Positions 1 to 13,013 are shown, counted from the first letter of the stretch. The stretch: 64,000 nucleotides of DNA from an uncultured Actinomycetota bacterium (GCA_963769435.1 CAVYLN010000002.1:93098-157097), one strand, 5' to 3'. Numbers and translations are program-made. The notes: generated by a model not told the origin, from the sequence alone.

Positions 1-891
1 GCCGGCACCCGCTACCGACACACCCAGGACTCGGTGCGCATCGAGGCGTCCGCCCGCACTGAGACCGCCTCCACCTGGTGGGGGGCGAACCGACTGCCCG
101 ATGACATCCAGGAGATCGCTTCTCGACAGGGCACCCGTCTGCGCACACCATCCGTGCGTGACCTGCACCCCGGTAGACACGCGGTGATCCTCACCCCTTC
201 CGCGGTGGCCGACCTGCTCATCTACCTGGCGTGGTCGGCGAACGCCAGGGATGCTGCCGAAGGGCACAATGTGTTCTCGGCACCCGATGGAGGCACGAAG
301 TTGGGACAGCGACTCAGCAGCCGGAGGATCCGCTTGTTCGCGGACCCGGATCACCCGGGGCTGCAGACGGGTCACAAGGTCGTCGTCGAGATGAATTCGA
401 GCATGGAGTCCGTGTTCGACAACGGCTTGCCATTGACCGCCTGCGACCTGATCTCCGACGGGCGCCTTACGAATCTTCGGGCCAGTCGTGCCACCGGGCA
501 GCGGTTCGGTATCGCCCCGGCGTATCTGGCCGACAACCTGATCATGCATGACGCGGACGGGTACGGCGATCTCGACGATCTTGTGGCGCGCACCGACGAC
601 GCCGTCCTGGTGAACTGTCTGTGGTACATCCGTGAGGTCGATCCGCAGAATCTCCTGCTCACCGGGCTGACGCGCGACGGTGTCTACCGAGTCCGGAACG
701 GCGAGATCGTCGGCGCCTCCGGAAATTTCCGGTTCAATGCCTCGGTGACCGATCTGCTCAGCAGGATCCGGGACGCCAGCGCCCCTGCGACGTGTCTGCC
801 GCGGGAGTGGGCGGACTGGTTCACACGCACCGAGATGCCGGCACTGCTCATCGACGACTTCAACCTGAGTAGCCCCAGCGAGGCGATGTGA
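1..891 (+). CDS. TldD/PmbA-family metallopeptidase, C-terminal part (5' end lies outside the window)
   Basis: The frame is open from base 1. The 285+ aa tail (..AVILTPSAVADLLIYL..VFDNGLPLTACDLISDGRLTNL..LWYIREVDPQNLLLTGLTRDGVYRVRNGEI..) has the typical TldD/PmbA C-terminal pattern. GC3 bias supports coding. Confidence 0.7.
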   Translation, partial: AGTRYRHTQDSVRIEASARTETASTWWGANRLPDDIQEIASRQGTRLRTPSVRDLHPGRHAVILTPSAVADLLIYLAWSANARDAAEGHNVFSAPDGGTKLGQRLSSRRIRLFADPDHPGLQTGHKVVVEMNSSMESVFDNGLPLTACDLISDGRLTNLRASRATGQRFGIAPAYLADNLIMHDADGYGDLDDLVARTDDAVLVNCLWYIREVDPQNLLLTGLTRDGVYRVRNGEIVGASGNFRFNASVTDLLSRIRDASAPATCLPREWADWFTRTEMPALLIDDFNLSSPSEAM

Positions 892-896
892 CCGCG

Positions 897-1187
897 TCAG
901 TCCCTCGGGGGGGCGCTGATCTGACGTTGCTCGTTGAGCACGATCATCGGAGCCGCCTTCGGAGAGCGACGACGGCCGGCGTTCGCCATGACCACCGCCA
1001 CGTACGGCAGGAACACGGCTGCGGCCACAAGCGCCCACCGGAGCCAGCCACTGGCCACGATCGCCAGGATGAAGCACACCGTGCGGACGGCCATGGAGAT
1101 CAGATAGCGGCGGGTGCGCTGACGCTGGTCCTCGCTGAGCGGGACACTGGCCCCGGTGATCGGGATGCTGTCGTTCGACCTCGCCAC
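897..1187 (-). CDS. DUF3099-like small membrane protein
   Basis: The segment ..ITGASVPLSEDQRQRTRRYLISMAVRTVCFILAIVASGWLRWALVAAAVFLPYVAVVMAN.. shows two TM helices preceded by the R-rich RRYL motif typical of DUF3099. The start is uncertain: GTG at 1187 was chosen, and the ORF is open to 1298. Confidence 0.55.
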   Translation of the reverse strand: MARSNDSIPITGASVPLSEDQRQRTRRYLISMAVRTVCFILAIVASGWLRWALVAAAVFLPYVAVVMANAGRRRSPKAAPMIVLNEQRQISAPPRD

Positions 1188-1237
1188 CCCTCCACGGTAG
1201 TCTCGCCCACGCAGACCCGCCAACGCCGAGGGGGAGC

Positions 1238-3064
1238 ATGACGACCACGCTGGTGCGACCCACCGCCGTGACGGACCACGTACCTCGCCTCGGAGCATGG
1301 ATCGCGGGGATCGTCGCGGTCCATCTGGCCCTCTGGGGCATCGTGATGGCGGGCGGCTGGTTGTACTGGGACGACTTCATTCTGCAGGGCCAGGCGGCCC
1401 GGCTGGGCCTCTCAACCGACTTGTTGCTGAACAACCACGATGGTCACGTGATGCCGGCCACGTACCTGGCGGTCTGGATGATCCAGGAGATCAGCGGACT
1501 CGACTACACCCTGGTCGCCGTGACCATGCTGCTCGGGGAGTTGATACTGATCGCGGCTGCGATCACCGGGTTCAGGGCATTGCTCGGACGCGGAGTCCCC
1601 ATGCTCATTGCCCTGGCCGTCTTCCTGCTGAACCCGATCATGCTCCCCGGTCTCACCTGGTGGTCCGCGGCGCTCACCCTCGTTCCCCTCATGTCCTGCG
1701 CGCTGTTCGCCACCGCAACCCACATCCGGTACCTGCGGACGGGCTCGCGGGCCGCGATGGTCACCACATTCGCGCTGGTCATCGTCGCCCTCAGCTTCTT
1801 CGAGAAGAGCATCCTGATCCCGGTGTGGCTGGTCCTGGTCTCGGTACTGGCCGAGCCGGACAACAACTTCGCGAGCGCATTGCGCACCACCATCTCGGCC
1901 CGCTGGCGGCTGTGGACCGGCTGGCTGGCGCTGCTGATCGCCTACCTCGCATTCTTCGCACAGGCGGCCGAGGGCCGTACGGGACTGCCGACCGGACCTG
2001 GGCAGGTCTTCGAACTGCTGACCCGTGCGCTGTTCAACACGATCGCGGTGGGGCTCGCCGGCGGCCCGGTGCGGTGGACGCCGGTCGATTACAGCGCATC
2101 CTTCAGTGATCCGCCGCCGTGGATGATCGGACTGGGGATCCTGGTGGGGGGCACGGTGGTGATCGCCGGGGTACGCCGGGCCTCGGCGGCCCGCAAGGCC
2201 TGGACGGTCGCCGCTGTCTACCTGTTCGTCGACCTCGCCGCCTTCGCGCTCGGAAGACTCGGTGAGAATGGCGACCCCGCAGTGGTGCAGGCCGGTCGCT
2301 ACGTGGCAACCTCCATGATTCCCATCAGCGTTGCGATCGCGGTCACCGCCGCGCAGTACCGGGCACAACTCCTGGACGCCCGGTGGCGATGGCCGCTGGT
2401 GGGCGTCGGCGCGCTCGTGGGTGGATTGGCGCTTGTCTCATCGTTGTCCTACGCGGCCATCTGGTCGAAGAATCCCGCAGAGATATGGGTGGGCAATGCC
2501 CGCACCGACCTCGCGGCCACCGACCAGGGCGTCCCTCTGCTCGATCAGGAGGTCCCAGACTTCCTGCTCCTCCCCGTAACGCACCCGTACAACCAGATCT
2601 CCTGGTTCCTGGCTCCGCTGTCCCCGCAACCGGGGATCGCAACGAGCACCAGCGACCTGCGCCTGCTCGACAACAGGGGCCGACTCGTGCCCGCGGACGT
2701 GGAGGGTCCCGCCGACATCCCCACCGACGCGGGCTGCTACCCGGTGCCGGCCGGTGCTTCGGTGCGGGTTCCCTTGCAGAGTTCCCTGATCCCGTGGATA
2801 CACACCGTGGCGATCGCCTACACCGCCCAGACGCCAGGGTTCGTGAACGTGGGGATCGGCGACGGCACCCCGGTGGCGGCCGAGGTGACCACCGGCCGCC
2901 ACGAACTGTTCGTTCGCGCCGAGGGCGGTGAGAACTGGGTCACCGTCACGTCCGTGGATGCCACTTTGTGCCTGGATTCGGTGCGGGTGGGCAGAGTGGT
3001 GCCGCGCGACCTGCCTTACGGTGGGGGTGTCGACCTCACCGAACAGTTGCAGAACCTTCCCTGA
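1238..3064 (+). CDS. Polytopic membrane protein, GT-C-like (putative glycosyltransferase); paralog of 53078..54889
   Basis: 608 aa with about 10 or more hydrophobic segments. The first loop carries WLYWDDFILQG (an acidic DD motif as in GT-C enzymes), and a soluble C-terminal beta-rich domain follows. The architecture matches the ORF at 53078..54889. Confidence 0.6.
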   Translation: MTTTLVRPTAVTDHVPRLGAWIAGIVAVHLALWGIVMAGGWLYWDDFILQGQAARLGLSTDLLLNNHDGHVMPATYLAVWMIQEISGLDYTLVAVTMLLGELILIAAAITGFRALLGRGVPMLIALAVFLLNPIMLPGLTWWSAALTLVPLMSCALFATATHIRYLRTGSRAAMVTTFALVIVALSFFEKSILIPVWLVLVSVLAEPDNNFASALRTTISARWRLWTGWLALLIAYLAFFAQAAEGRTGLPTGPGQVFELLTRALFNTIAVGLAGGPVRWTPVDYSASFSDPPPWMIGLGILVGGTVVIAGVRRASAARKAWTVAAVYLFVDLAAFALGRLGENGDPAVVQAGRYVATSMIPISVAIAVTAAQYRAQLLDARWRWPLVGVGALVGGLALVSSLSYAAIWSKNPAEIWVGNARTDLAATDQGVPLLDQEVPDFLLLPVTHPYNQISWFLAPLSPQPGIATSTSDLRLLDNRGRLVPADVEGPADIPTDAGCYPVPAGASVRVPLQSSLIPWIHTVAIAYTAQTPGFVNVGIGDGTPVAAEVTTGRHELFVRAEGGENWVTVTSVDATLCLDSVRVGRVVPRDLPYGGGVDLTEQLQNLP

Positions 3065-3098
3065 GGGGCCGGCCCGCGCAACACCACATGGAGCACAG

Positions 3099-3311
3099 AT
3101 GAGCAACAGGACCTACCGCTTGACCGAGATCGTGGGTACCTCCCCGGATAGCGTGGATCAGGCGATCCGAAACGGCATCGAACGTGCGGCGCAGACCCTG
3201 CGGCACATCGACTGGTTCGAAGTGACCGACATCCGCGGCTACATCCGTGATGGCGGTGTCAATCACTACCAGGTGACGCTGAAAATCGGCTTCCGCCTCG
3301 AGGACGAGTAG
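3099..3311 (+). CDS. Dodecin-family flavin-binding protein
   Basis: 70 aa: MSNRTYRLTEIVGTSPDSVDQAIRNGIERAAQTLRHIDWFEVTDIRGYIRDGGVNHYQVTLKIGFRLEDE, which is the canonical dodecin sequence pattern. The ATG at 3099 lies inside a longer ORF. Confidence 0.85.
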   Translation: MSNRTYRLTEIVGTSPDSVDQAIRNGIERAAQTLRHIDWFEVTDIRGYIRDGGVNHYQVTLKIGFRLEDE

Positions 3312-3314
3312 CCC

Positions 3315-4070
3315 TTGTCATCCGTCCTGCGTGTCCTGCGCCAACCGCAGTGGTTGGCACTGCTGCTTGTGCTCCCGCTCCTGATGGGGTTGGCACTGGT
3401 CGCGGCCGACTGGCAGTACGGTCGCCACGAGCGGAGGTCCTTGCAGGAGGCGCGGGTCAGCGAGGCCCAGTCCGTGCCACCGGTCCCCCTCGCGTCCGTT
3501 CTTGCACCCGATGCGCCGCTGCCCGATGACCAGAGATTCACCGGGGTCACTGCAACCGGCGTTTACGATCAGGCGTCGGTGCTGATCCGCAACAGGTCCC
3601 AGAACGAATCCCCCGGCCTCTGGGTCGTCACCCCACTTCGGATGTCCGATGGCTCTCAGATCCTGGTTCTGCGGGGCTGGCTCGAGGCAACGCGGGGGAA
3701 CGCGGAGCAGGCGACGGCACCGCCCCCGCCGGCCGGGCCGGTGAGCGTGACCGGGGTCCTGCAGACCTCGGAGGCCAAGCGGGGCGCGGGTATCCTGAGC
3801 AACGGGGAAGCCACATCCCTGAACACACAGACGCTGTGTCCAGAGACTTCCTGCTACCAGGCCTATCTGCAGGCCACCGATTCCTCACCCGCTGACAACG
3901 ACCAATTGCAGCCCGTGCCCGTCAATGGTCCCGGACTCGGCCCACACCTCGGATACGCCGGACAGTGGTTGATCTTCGCGGCTTTGCTGCCTGTGGGTTA
4001 CATCATCCTGATCAGGCGAGAGGTCAAGGAGGCTCAAGAGCCCACCGATGCACTAACCGGCTCCGGCTGA
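3315..4070 (+). CDS. SURF1-family cytochrome oxidase assembly protein
   Basis: The N-terminal TM region followed by WQYGRHERR, then ..WVVTPLRMSDGSQILVLRGWL.. and a C-terminal TM (YAGQWLIFAALLP) match the SURF1/Shy1 layout. Confidence 0.8.
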   Translation: MSSVLRVLRQPQWLALLLVLPLLMGLALVAADWQYGRHERRSLQEARVSEAQSVPPVPLASVLAPDAPLPDDQRFTGVTATGVYDQASVLIRNRSQNESPGLWVVTPLRMSDGSQILVLRGWLEATRGNAEQATAPPPPAGPVSVTGVLQTSEAKRGAGILSNGEATSLNTQTLCPETSCYQAYLQATDSSPADNDQLQPVPVNGPGLGPHLGYAGQWLIFAALLPVGYIILIRREVKEAQEPTDALTGSG

Positions 4071-4084
4071 GGCAGCATGGGGTC

Positions 4085-4864
4085 ATGGACCTGGGACTGA
4101 GCGACAGATGCCTGGTGGTGACCGGCGCATCCCGCGGGCTCGGACTGGCAGCAGCCACCGCCTTGGTGGCTGAAGGGGCCAAGGTGGTTCTGGTCGCCAG
4201 GGACCCGGCGGTTCTCGACACGGCTGTAGAGAGTCTCGGTCCTGGAAACGCCGTCGGCATCGCCGCGGATCTTCGGGGGGACACCACCTCTGAGATGGCT
4301 GTTGCCGCTGCGCTGGCACGCTTCGGGCGATTGGACGGCGCTCTCATCAGCGCCGGAAGCCCACCCCCGGGCACCCCGATGACGGCATCGGAGTCGATGT
4401 GGCGGGACGCCTTCGAGACCGTCTTCCTCGGAGGTCTACGGATGGCCCGTGCCACCGCCTCGGCCACTACCTCGGTCCAGGAACCGTTCGGAGCGGGCTG
4501 CAGCATCGCATTCGTGCTCTCGACGTCCGTGCGCTCACCCATCCCCGGACTCGTGCTGTCGAACGGGCTGCGGCCGGGCTTGGCGATGTTGGTGAAGGAC
4601 CTCGCGGACGAACTCGGCCCACAGGGCATCCGGGTCAACGGCATCCTTCCAGGCCGTATCGCCACGGACAACGTCTTCGCCCAGGATGCGCGGCAGGGCA
4701 ATCCGGAATCGGTGCGGCGCCGGCGGGAGGCAACGATCCCGCTGCGCCGGTACGGCCAGCCCGAGGAGTTCGGCGCGCTGGCCGCCTTCCTGATGTCACC
4801 GGCCGCCTCCTACATCAGCGGTTCGCTGCTCACCATCGACGGTGGTGCGTTGCGCTCGCTGTGA
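4085..4864 (+). CDS. SDR-family oxidoreductase
   Basis: Carries the Rossmann motif VVTGASRGLGLAAA and a C-terminal ..ASYISGSLLTIDGG... The ATG at 4085 was chosen within the ORF 3965..4864. Confidence 0.85.
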   Translation: MDLGLSDRCLVVTGASRGLGLAAATALVAEGAKVVLVARDPAVLDTAVESLGPGNAVGIAADLRGDTTSEMAVAAALARFGRLDGALISAGSPPPGTPMTASESMWRDAFETVFLGGLRMARATASATTSVQEPFGAGCSIAFVLSTSVRSPIPGLVLSNGLRPGLAMLVKDLADELGPQGIRVNGILPGRIATDNVFAQDARQGNPESVRRRREATIPLRRYGQPEEFGALAAFLMSPAASYISGSLLTIDGGALRSL

Positions 4865-4867
4865 GAG

Positions 4868-6736
4868 TCAGGTCGAGGCGCTGAGACTGAACTGTTCGTA
4901 GTGCCGCGCGTACAGACCGGCCTGCGACAGCAGTTCGTCGTGGCGGCCGCGCTCGGCGATACGGCCGTCGTCGATCACAAGGATCAGATCGGCGTCTCGA
5001 ACGGTGGACAGCCTGTGCGCGATCACCAGCGACGTACGACCGGTGAGAGCGGCGGACAGCGCGACCTGCACGGCGCGTTCGTTCTCGCTGTCCAGGTGGG
5101 CGGTGGCTTCGTCGAGCACGACGACCTTTGGCCGCTTCAGCAGCAGCCGGGCGATCGCCAGCCGCTGCTTCTCGCCGCCGGACAGCCGATATCCGCGGTC
5201 TCCGACTACGGTGTTGAGGCCATCCGGCAGGGACCGCAGGAGTTCTGCGATCTGCGCGTCCTCACACGCCGCCCAGATCTGGTCCTCCGTTGCGTCCGGA
5301 TCGGCGTACTGCAGGTTCGCCAGGATCGTGTCGTGGAACATGTGCGCGTCCTGGGTGACGTAACCGACCGTGTCGCGCAGGCAGTCGAGAGTGAGATCGC
5401 GAACATCGACCCCATTGAGTTCCACCGCGCCGGAGTCCACATCGTAGAGCCGCGCCACCAGTTGTGTGATGGTCGTCTTGCCGGCACCGCTGGGACCGAC
5501 CAGTGCCACCAGGCCACCGGCCGGGATTTCGAAGTCCACACCGTGCAGGATCTGGTCGCTGGTGCGGGTTTCGTCGACGGCGACCGACTCCAGCGAGGCC
5601 AACGACACCTCCGACGGTGCCGGATAGTGGAAATCGACGTCCCGGAACCGCACACTCACCGGGCCGGGAGGCACCTCCCGGGCACCCGGTCGTTCGGTGA
5701 TCAACGGCGGCAGGTCGAGGACCTCGAACACCCGCTCGAAACTGACCAGTGCGGTCATGACGTCCACGCGGACATTGCTCAGTGCGGTCAGGGGCCCGTA
5801 CAACTGCGCGAGCAGGCCGGTCAGTGCCAGCAACGTTCCGAGGGTGAGTGCGCCGGTGATCACCAGGTTGCCGCCCAGGCCGTACACCAGCGCTGTGGCC
5901 AGTGCGGCCACCAGAGTGAGGGCGGTGAAGAAGTACCGGTTCGCCATCGCGATGGACACGCCGATGTCGCGAACGCGGGCGGCGCGGCCTGAGAACTCGG
6001 CGTCCTCCTGCTGAGGCCTCCCGAACAGTTTGGTGAGCAGTGCCCCGCCGATGTTGAAACGTTCGGTCATCTGCGTGCTCATGTCGGAGTTCATCTGCAT
6101 CTGCTGGCGTGTGAGACCGGCCAGCCGTCGCCCCATCCACTTCGCGGGCAGGATGAACAGTGGCACCAGAACCAGCGAGGCCAAGGTGATCTGCCAGGAC
6201 AGCGCGAACATCGTGATCAGGACCACGACGAGGCTGATCAGGTTGCCGAGCACCCCCGAGAGGGTCGAGGTGAACGCCTGCTGGGCTCCGATCACATCGT
6301 TGTTCAGGCGCGACACCAGGGCCCCGGTCTGGGTTCGGGTGAAGAAGGCGATGGGTTGTCGCTGGACATGGGCGAACACCTCGGACCGCAGATCGTAGAT
6401 GAGTCCCTCGCCGATGCGCGCGGATTGCCACCGACTCACCAGACCCACGAAGGCATCGACCACGGCCAATGCCGCGACCATGATCGCGGTCGTCGTCACG
6501 ACGGCGGCGTTGCCCGGGGTGATGCCTTCATCGATGATTCGTCGGAACAGCAACGGTTGTGCGACCACCAGCAGCGAGTCCACGACCAGCAGGAGGAGGA
6601 ATCCGATGATCAGTGGACGGTAGTTCCGTGCGTAACGCAGAATGCGCCGTACCGTCCCGGGCGCCAGTTTGTGCTCCTTCACGGAGTCGTCCCTGGTGAA
6701 CGAACGCATCGCGAGGTGCGTGCGCATCATCGACAT
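4868..6736 (-). CDS. ABC exporter, fused permease/ATPase (MsbA-type)
   Basis: The N-terminal domain has six TM helices. Walker A is GPSGAGKTT, the signature is LSGGEKQRLAIARLLL, and Walker B is VVVLDEATAHLD. Confidence 0.9.
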   Translation of the reverse strand: MSMMRTHLAMRSFTRDDSVKEHKLAPGTVRRILRYARNYRPLIIGFLLLLVVDSLLVVAQPLLFRRIIDEGITPGNAAVVTTTAIMVAALAVVDAFVGLVSRWQSARIGEGLIYDLRSEVFAHVQRQPIAFFTRTQTGALVSRLNNDVIGAQQAFTSTLSGVLGNLISLVVVLITMFALSWQITLASLVLVPLFILPAKWMGRRLAGLTRQQMQMNSDMSTQMTERFNIGGALLTKLFGRPQQEDAEFSGRAARVRDIGVSIAMANRYFFTALTLVAALATALVYGLGGNLVITGALTLGTLLALTGLLAQLYGPLTALSNVRVDVMTALVSFERVFEVLDLPPLITERPGAREVPPGPVSVRFRDVDFHYPAPSEVSLASLESVAVDETRTSDQILHGVDFEIPAGGLVALVGPSGAGKTTITQLVARLYDVDSGAVELNGVDVRDLTLDCLRDTVGYVTQDAHMFHDTILANLQYADPDATEDQIWAACEDAQIAELLRSLPDGLNTVVGDRGYRLSGGEKQRLAIARLLLKRPKVVVLDEATAHLDSENERAVQVALSAALTGRTSLVIAHRLSTVRDADLILVIDDGRIAERGRHDELLSQAGLYARHYEQFSLSAST

Positions 6737-6827
6737 ACCTGCCCCAAACCCGGGCAGTCACGGCGCCGCCCTCATGCCCAACCCCCGGCGGCGACAAAAG
6801 ATTCCCGCTGGTGAGGCAGCTGCGCGC

Positions 6828-7043
6828 CTACTTGTTGGTGACGCGGCCGGAGCCGCCACGGCCGCGCAGGTCCGTCTCAGACTCCACGAGTAACCGATGG
6901 ATGAACCCGTAGGAGCGGCCGGTCTCCCCGGCCAGTTCGCGGATGCTGGCACCTTTGGTGTAGCGCTTTCGCAACTCGGCGGTCAATGCCTGCCTCTCTC
7001 CCCCAGTGATCCGGCGACCCTTCTGCTTGTGTAGTCCGGTCAT
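6828..7043 (-). CDS. Small helix-turn-helix DNA-binding protein
   Basis: 71 aa with ..LRKRYTKGASIRELAGETGRSYGFIHRLL.. as the HTH. A small HTH gene next to an ABC-F gene is a conserved actinobacterial arrangement. Confidence 0.7.
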   Translation of the reverse strand: MTGLHKQKGRRITGGERQALTAELRKRYTKGASIRELAGETGRSYGFIHRLLVESETDLRGRGGSGRVTNK

Positions 7044-7091
7044 GGTTCCCTTCCGCTCTCCTGGATGTTCACCTACGCTACGTTTCGCATC

Positions 7092-8729
7092 CTAGGCTAA
7101 CGTCACCAGATCCAGGTACTGCTCATCCCATAGATCCTCTGCCCCGTCAGGCAGGAGTAATACACGTTGCGGATCCAGTGCGGTGACCGCCCCCGGATCG
7201 TGAGTGACCAGCACCACGGCACCTTCGTACTCACGCAGCGCCGACAGGATCTCGGCTCTCGACGCCGGATCCAGGTTGTTCGTCGGTTCGTCCAACAACA
7301 GAACGTTCGCACCGGAGACCACCAGGCACGCCAGTGCCAGCCTGGTCTTCTCACCGCCACTGAGCGTGCCGGCGGCCTGGAAGACGGTGTCGCCGCTGAA
7401 CAGGAAGCGGCCGAGTACCGATCTGGCCTCGGTGTCCGTGAGCCCAGGAGCCTGCGCGGCCAGATTCTCCAGGACACTGCGTTGCCGGTCCAGGGTCTCG
7501 TGCTCCTGGGCGTAGTAGCCCGTCACCAGTCCGTGACCCGACAGGACCTGTCCGGTGTCCGCCTCCAGATCACCGGCCAGCATCCGCAGCAACGTGGTCT
7601 TGCCCGCACCGTTGAGCCCCAGCACGACCACCCGCGCACCACGGTCGATCGCGAGATCCACGTCGATGAAGATCTCCTGTGAGCCGTACGACTTCGACAA
7701 GCCGGACGCGGTCAGCGGCACCCGTCCACACGGAAGCGGCTTGGGAAAACGAAGAGCTGCGGTCTTCTCCTGCCGGCGTTGCGGCTCCAGCGCCGCCTCC
7801 AGCGCGTCGGCGCGGCGCAGCATGGTCTGGGCCTGTCGGGCCTTCGTCGCCTTGGCCCGCATCCGCTCCGCCTGGCCGCGCAACGCATCGGCCTGCTTGC
7901 TCGCGTTGGTCTGTTCGCGACGTCGCCGCCGGGCGTCCACCTCGACCTGCTGCTGGTATGCCTCCCAGCCCATGTTGTAGACGTCCAGAGTGCAGCGGAC
8001 CGCGTCCAGGTGAGCCACCCGGGTCACAACGTCGCGCACCAGGTCCACGTCGTGGGAGATGACCACCAGACCCTCGTTGTAGGTACGCAGGAATCCGCGT
8101 AGCCACGAGATCGAGTCCGCGTCCAGGTGGTTCGTGGGCTCGTCCAGCAGCAAGACCCCACCCCCGGAGAACAGGATCCTGGCCAGTTCCACACGGCGTC
8201 GCTGACCACCGGACAGAGTCCCCAGCGGACGCGCCAACTGCTCATGGGACAACCCGAGTCCGTCGGAGACCGCGAGTGCCTCCGACTCCGCGGCGTATCC
8301 GCCCTGCGCCAGGAACTCTGCCTCCGCGTTGGCGTAGCGGCGCATTGCGGAGTCGCGCTGGTGCGGGTCCTCCATCCCGCGGGCATGGCGCTGCATCCGG
8401 GAGACCGCCTCGTCGAGGCCGCGAGCACTCATGATCCGCGCCATGGCAGTCTGTTCGGCGTCCGCAGCAGCGGGATCCTGCGGCAGATACTCGACCTCCG
8501 CGCGCGTGACCGTCCCGGCAGCCGGCTGCGCCAGGCCTGCGAGCACCTTCATCAAAGTGGTCTTCCCGGCCCCGTTGCGGCCCACCAGACCGACCCGGTC
8601 GCCAGGGCCGACGCGCAGGCTGGCCCCTTCGAGCAGCAGGCGGGCGCCGGCTCGCAGTTCGATGTCGGCGGCTTGGATCACACCCTCCACTGTGGCAAAC
8701 GTCGGCCGCCGAGTGACTACTGCCTCCAC
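7092..8729 (-). CDS. ABC-F family ATPase (two ABC domains, no TM domain)
   Basis: Two full cassettes are present: GRNGAGKTTLMK / LSGGQRRRVELARIL / LLLDEPTNHLD, and GLNGAGKTTLLR / LSGGEKTRLALACLV / LLLDEPTNNLD. A charged linker (QQQVEVDARRRRREQ..) joins them. Confidence 0.9.
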   Translation of the reverse strand: MEAVVTRRPTFATVEGVIQAADIELRAGARLLLEGASLRVGPGDRVGLVGRNGAGKTTLMKVLAGLAQPAAGTVTRAEVEYLPQDPAAADAEQTAMARIMSARGLDEAVSRMQRHARGMEDPHQRDSAMRRYANAEAEFLAQGGYAAESEALAVSDGLGLSHEQLARPLGTLSGGQRRRVELARILFSGGGVLLLDEPTNHLDADSISWLRGFLRTYNEGLVVISHDVDLVRDVVTRVAHLDAVRCTLDVYNMGWEAYQQQVEVDARRRRREQTNASKQADALRGQAERMRAKATKARQAQTMLRRADALEAALEPQRRQEKTAALRFPKPLPCGRVPLTASGLSKSYGSQEIFIDVDLAIDRGARVVVLGLNGAGKTTLLRMLAGDLEADTGQVLSGHGLVTGYYAQEHETLDRQRSVLENLAAQAPGLTDTEARSVLGRFLFSGDTVFQAAGTLSGGEKTRLALACLVVSGANVLLLDEPTNNLDPASRAEILSALREYEGAVVLVTHDPGAVTALDPQRVLLLPDGAEDLWDEQYLDLVTLA

Positions 8730-8804
8730 CGGTCGTCGGTCGTGAGCCCGCCGCTACCCTGCCTTTGCCTGCAATGCACGGCGGGTAGTGCCGCGAACGC
8801 CGTT

Positions 8805-11562
<2,758 letters not shown>

Positions 11563-11566
<4 letters not shown>

Positions 11567-11892
11567 CGTGCCTCCTCTGGGATTGCGACGAGCACCAACG
11601 CTTCGTCGCCATGGCCTTCAATCTGGACTGGGTATGTGGTGATGGGTTCGAACGCAGGGGGCCCCGACGGCTCGCCGGTGCGCAGATCGAACCGGGATCC
11701 GTGCAACCAGCACTCGATGGTGCAGCCGGAGACCTCGCCCTCGGACAACGAGACCTCGGCGTGCGAACACACATCGTTGACCGCGAACACCTCGTCGCCG
11801 ACGCGTACCAGCGCCAGTTGCACACCGTCCACCACGATGCGTCGCGGCTGGGAGTCTCGCAGGTCGGCCAGCCGGATGGAGACGTCGCCCAT
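11563..11892 (-). CDS. Rieske [2Fe-2S] ferredoxin-like protein embedded in the suf operon
   Basis: 109 aa with CSHAEVSL..(17 aa)..CWLHGSRF, the Rieske CxH...CxxH ligands. Start and stop overlap sufD and sufC. Confidence 0.85.
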
Positions 11893-13013
11893 CAGGCCTC
11901 CCCGCCCGCGTAGCCGAGCTCGGCCTCCACCGCTCGCATGACCTCCGAGCGCACCATCGGGACGTCGATGCCGTCGAGGACGTCCGCGAAGAATCCGAGC
12001 ACGACGAGCCGCCGGGCCTCGTCCTCGGTGATCCCGCGGGAACGCAGGTAGAAGACCTGCTCCTCGTCGAAACGGCCCGTCGCACTGGCGTGTCCGGCGC
12101 CAGCCACGTCCCCGGTGAGGATCTCCAGGTTCGGCACGGAGTCCGCCCGAGGTCCGTCGTCCAGCAACAGGTTGCGGTTGATCTCGTACGTCTGGGTACC
12201 GACCGCCTCCGGGCGGATCAGGACGTCGCCCACCCACACGCTGCGAGCGCCCTCGCCCTGCAGCGCACCCTTGAACACCACGTTGCTGCGGCAGTGGGGC
12301 TGGCCGTGATCGACGAAGGACCGGTGCTCGAAACGCTGTCCGGAATCGGCGAAGAACAGGCCACGCACGTCGGCCTCCCCCCCGGGGCCGTCGTAGTCCA
12401 CGGTCTGGACCAGTCTCACGGCCTCGCCCCCGAGAGTCACGACGATGCTGCGCAACCGCGCGTCCCGCCCCAGCCGGTTGGCGATGTGGCCGGCGTGCAC
12501 CGAGTCGTCCGACCAGTTCTGGACGCTGACGAGTTCGAGCACGGCGTTGTCACCGACGACCACGGACAGATTGCCCGCGTACTGGGCCGTCCCGGTGTGG
12601 CGCAGTACCACGGTCGCCCTGGAACCGGCACCCACCTCGATGAGGGTCTGACCCCAGACCACCGGATCGCGGCCGGAGCCGGACAGGTCGATCACCACGG
12701 GCTCCGGGTGGGAGGACTCCGCTGGGATCTGCAGCAGCATCGCTGTCCCGGCATGCTTGGCCGCCAGCGCGGAGATCCGGTCGACTGGGGCACTGGCAGC
12801 GCGTTCAGCCGCAGCGGAGGCGTCGATAGGCGTGAGCGTTACACCCTCGGGCAGCGTCGACTCCCAAGTCAGATGACCATCGGAAGGCGCATCCTCCAGC
12901 AGCGGCTTGAGGGCAGTCCTTGGCGCGAACCGCCAGACCTCTTCGCGACCGGTCGGCGGTGGGAAGTCCGCGAGGTCGTACGACCGAAGGTTGGACATGG
13001 AGACCTGACCCAT
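11892..13013 (-). CDS. sufD: Fe-S cluster assembly protein SufD
   Basis: The 373 aa beta-helix-type sequence ends ..LFYLRSRGITEDEARRLVVLGFF... It sits between sufB and sufC, and TGATG overlaps sufB. Confidence 0.9.
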   Translation of the reverse strand: MGQVSMSNLRSYDLADFPPPTGREEVWRFAPRTALKPLLEDAPSDGHLTWESTLPEGVTLTPIDASAAAERAASAPVDRISALAAKHAGTAMLLQIPAESSHPEPVVIDLSGSGRDPVVWGQTLIEVGAGSRATVVLRHTGTAQYAGNLSVVVGDNAVLELVSVQNWSDDSVHAGHIANRLGRDARLRSIVVTLGGEAVRLVQTVDYDGPGGEADVRGLFFADSGQRFEHRSFVDHGQPHCRSNVVFKGALQGEGARSVWVGDVLIRPEAVGTQTYEINRNLLLDDGPRADSVPNLEILTGDVAGAGHASATGRFDEEQVFYLRSRGITEDEARRLVVLGFFADVLDGIDVPMVRSEVMRAVEAELGYAGGEA

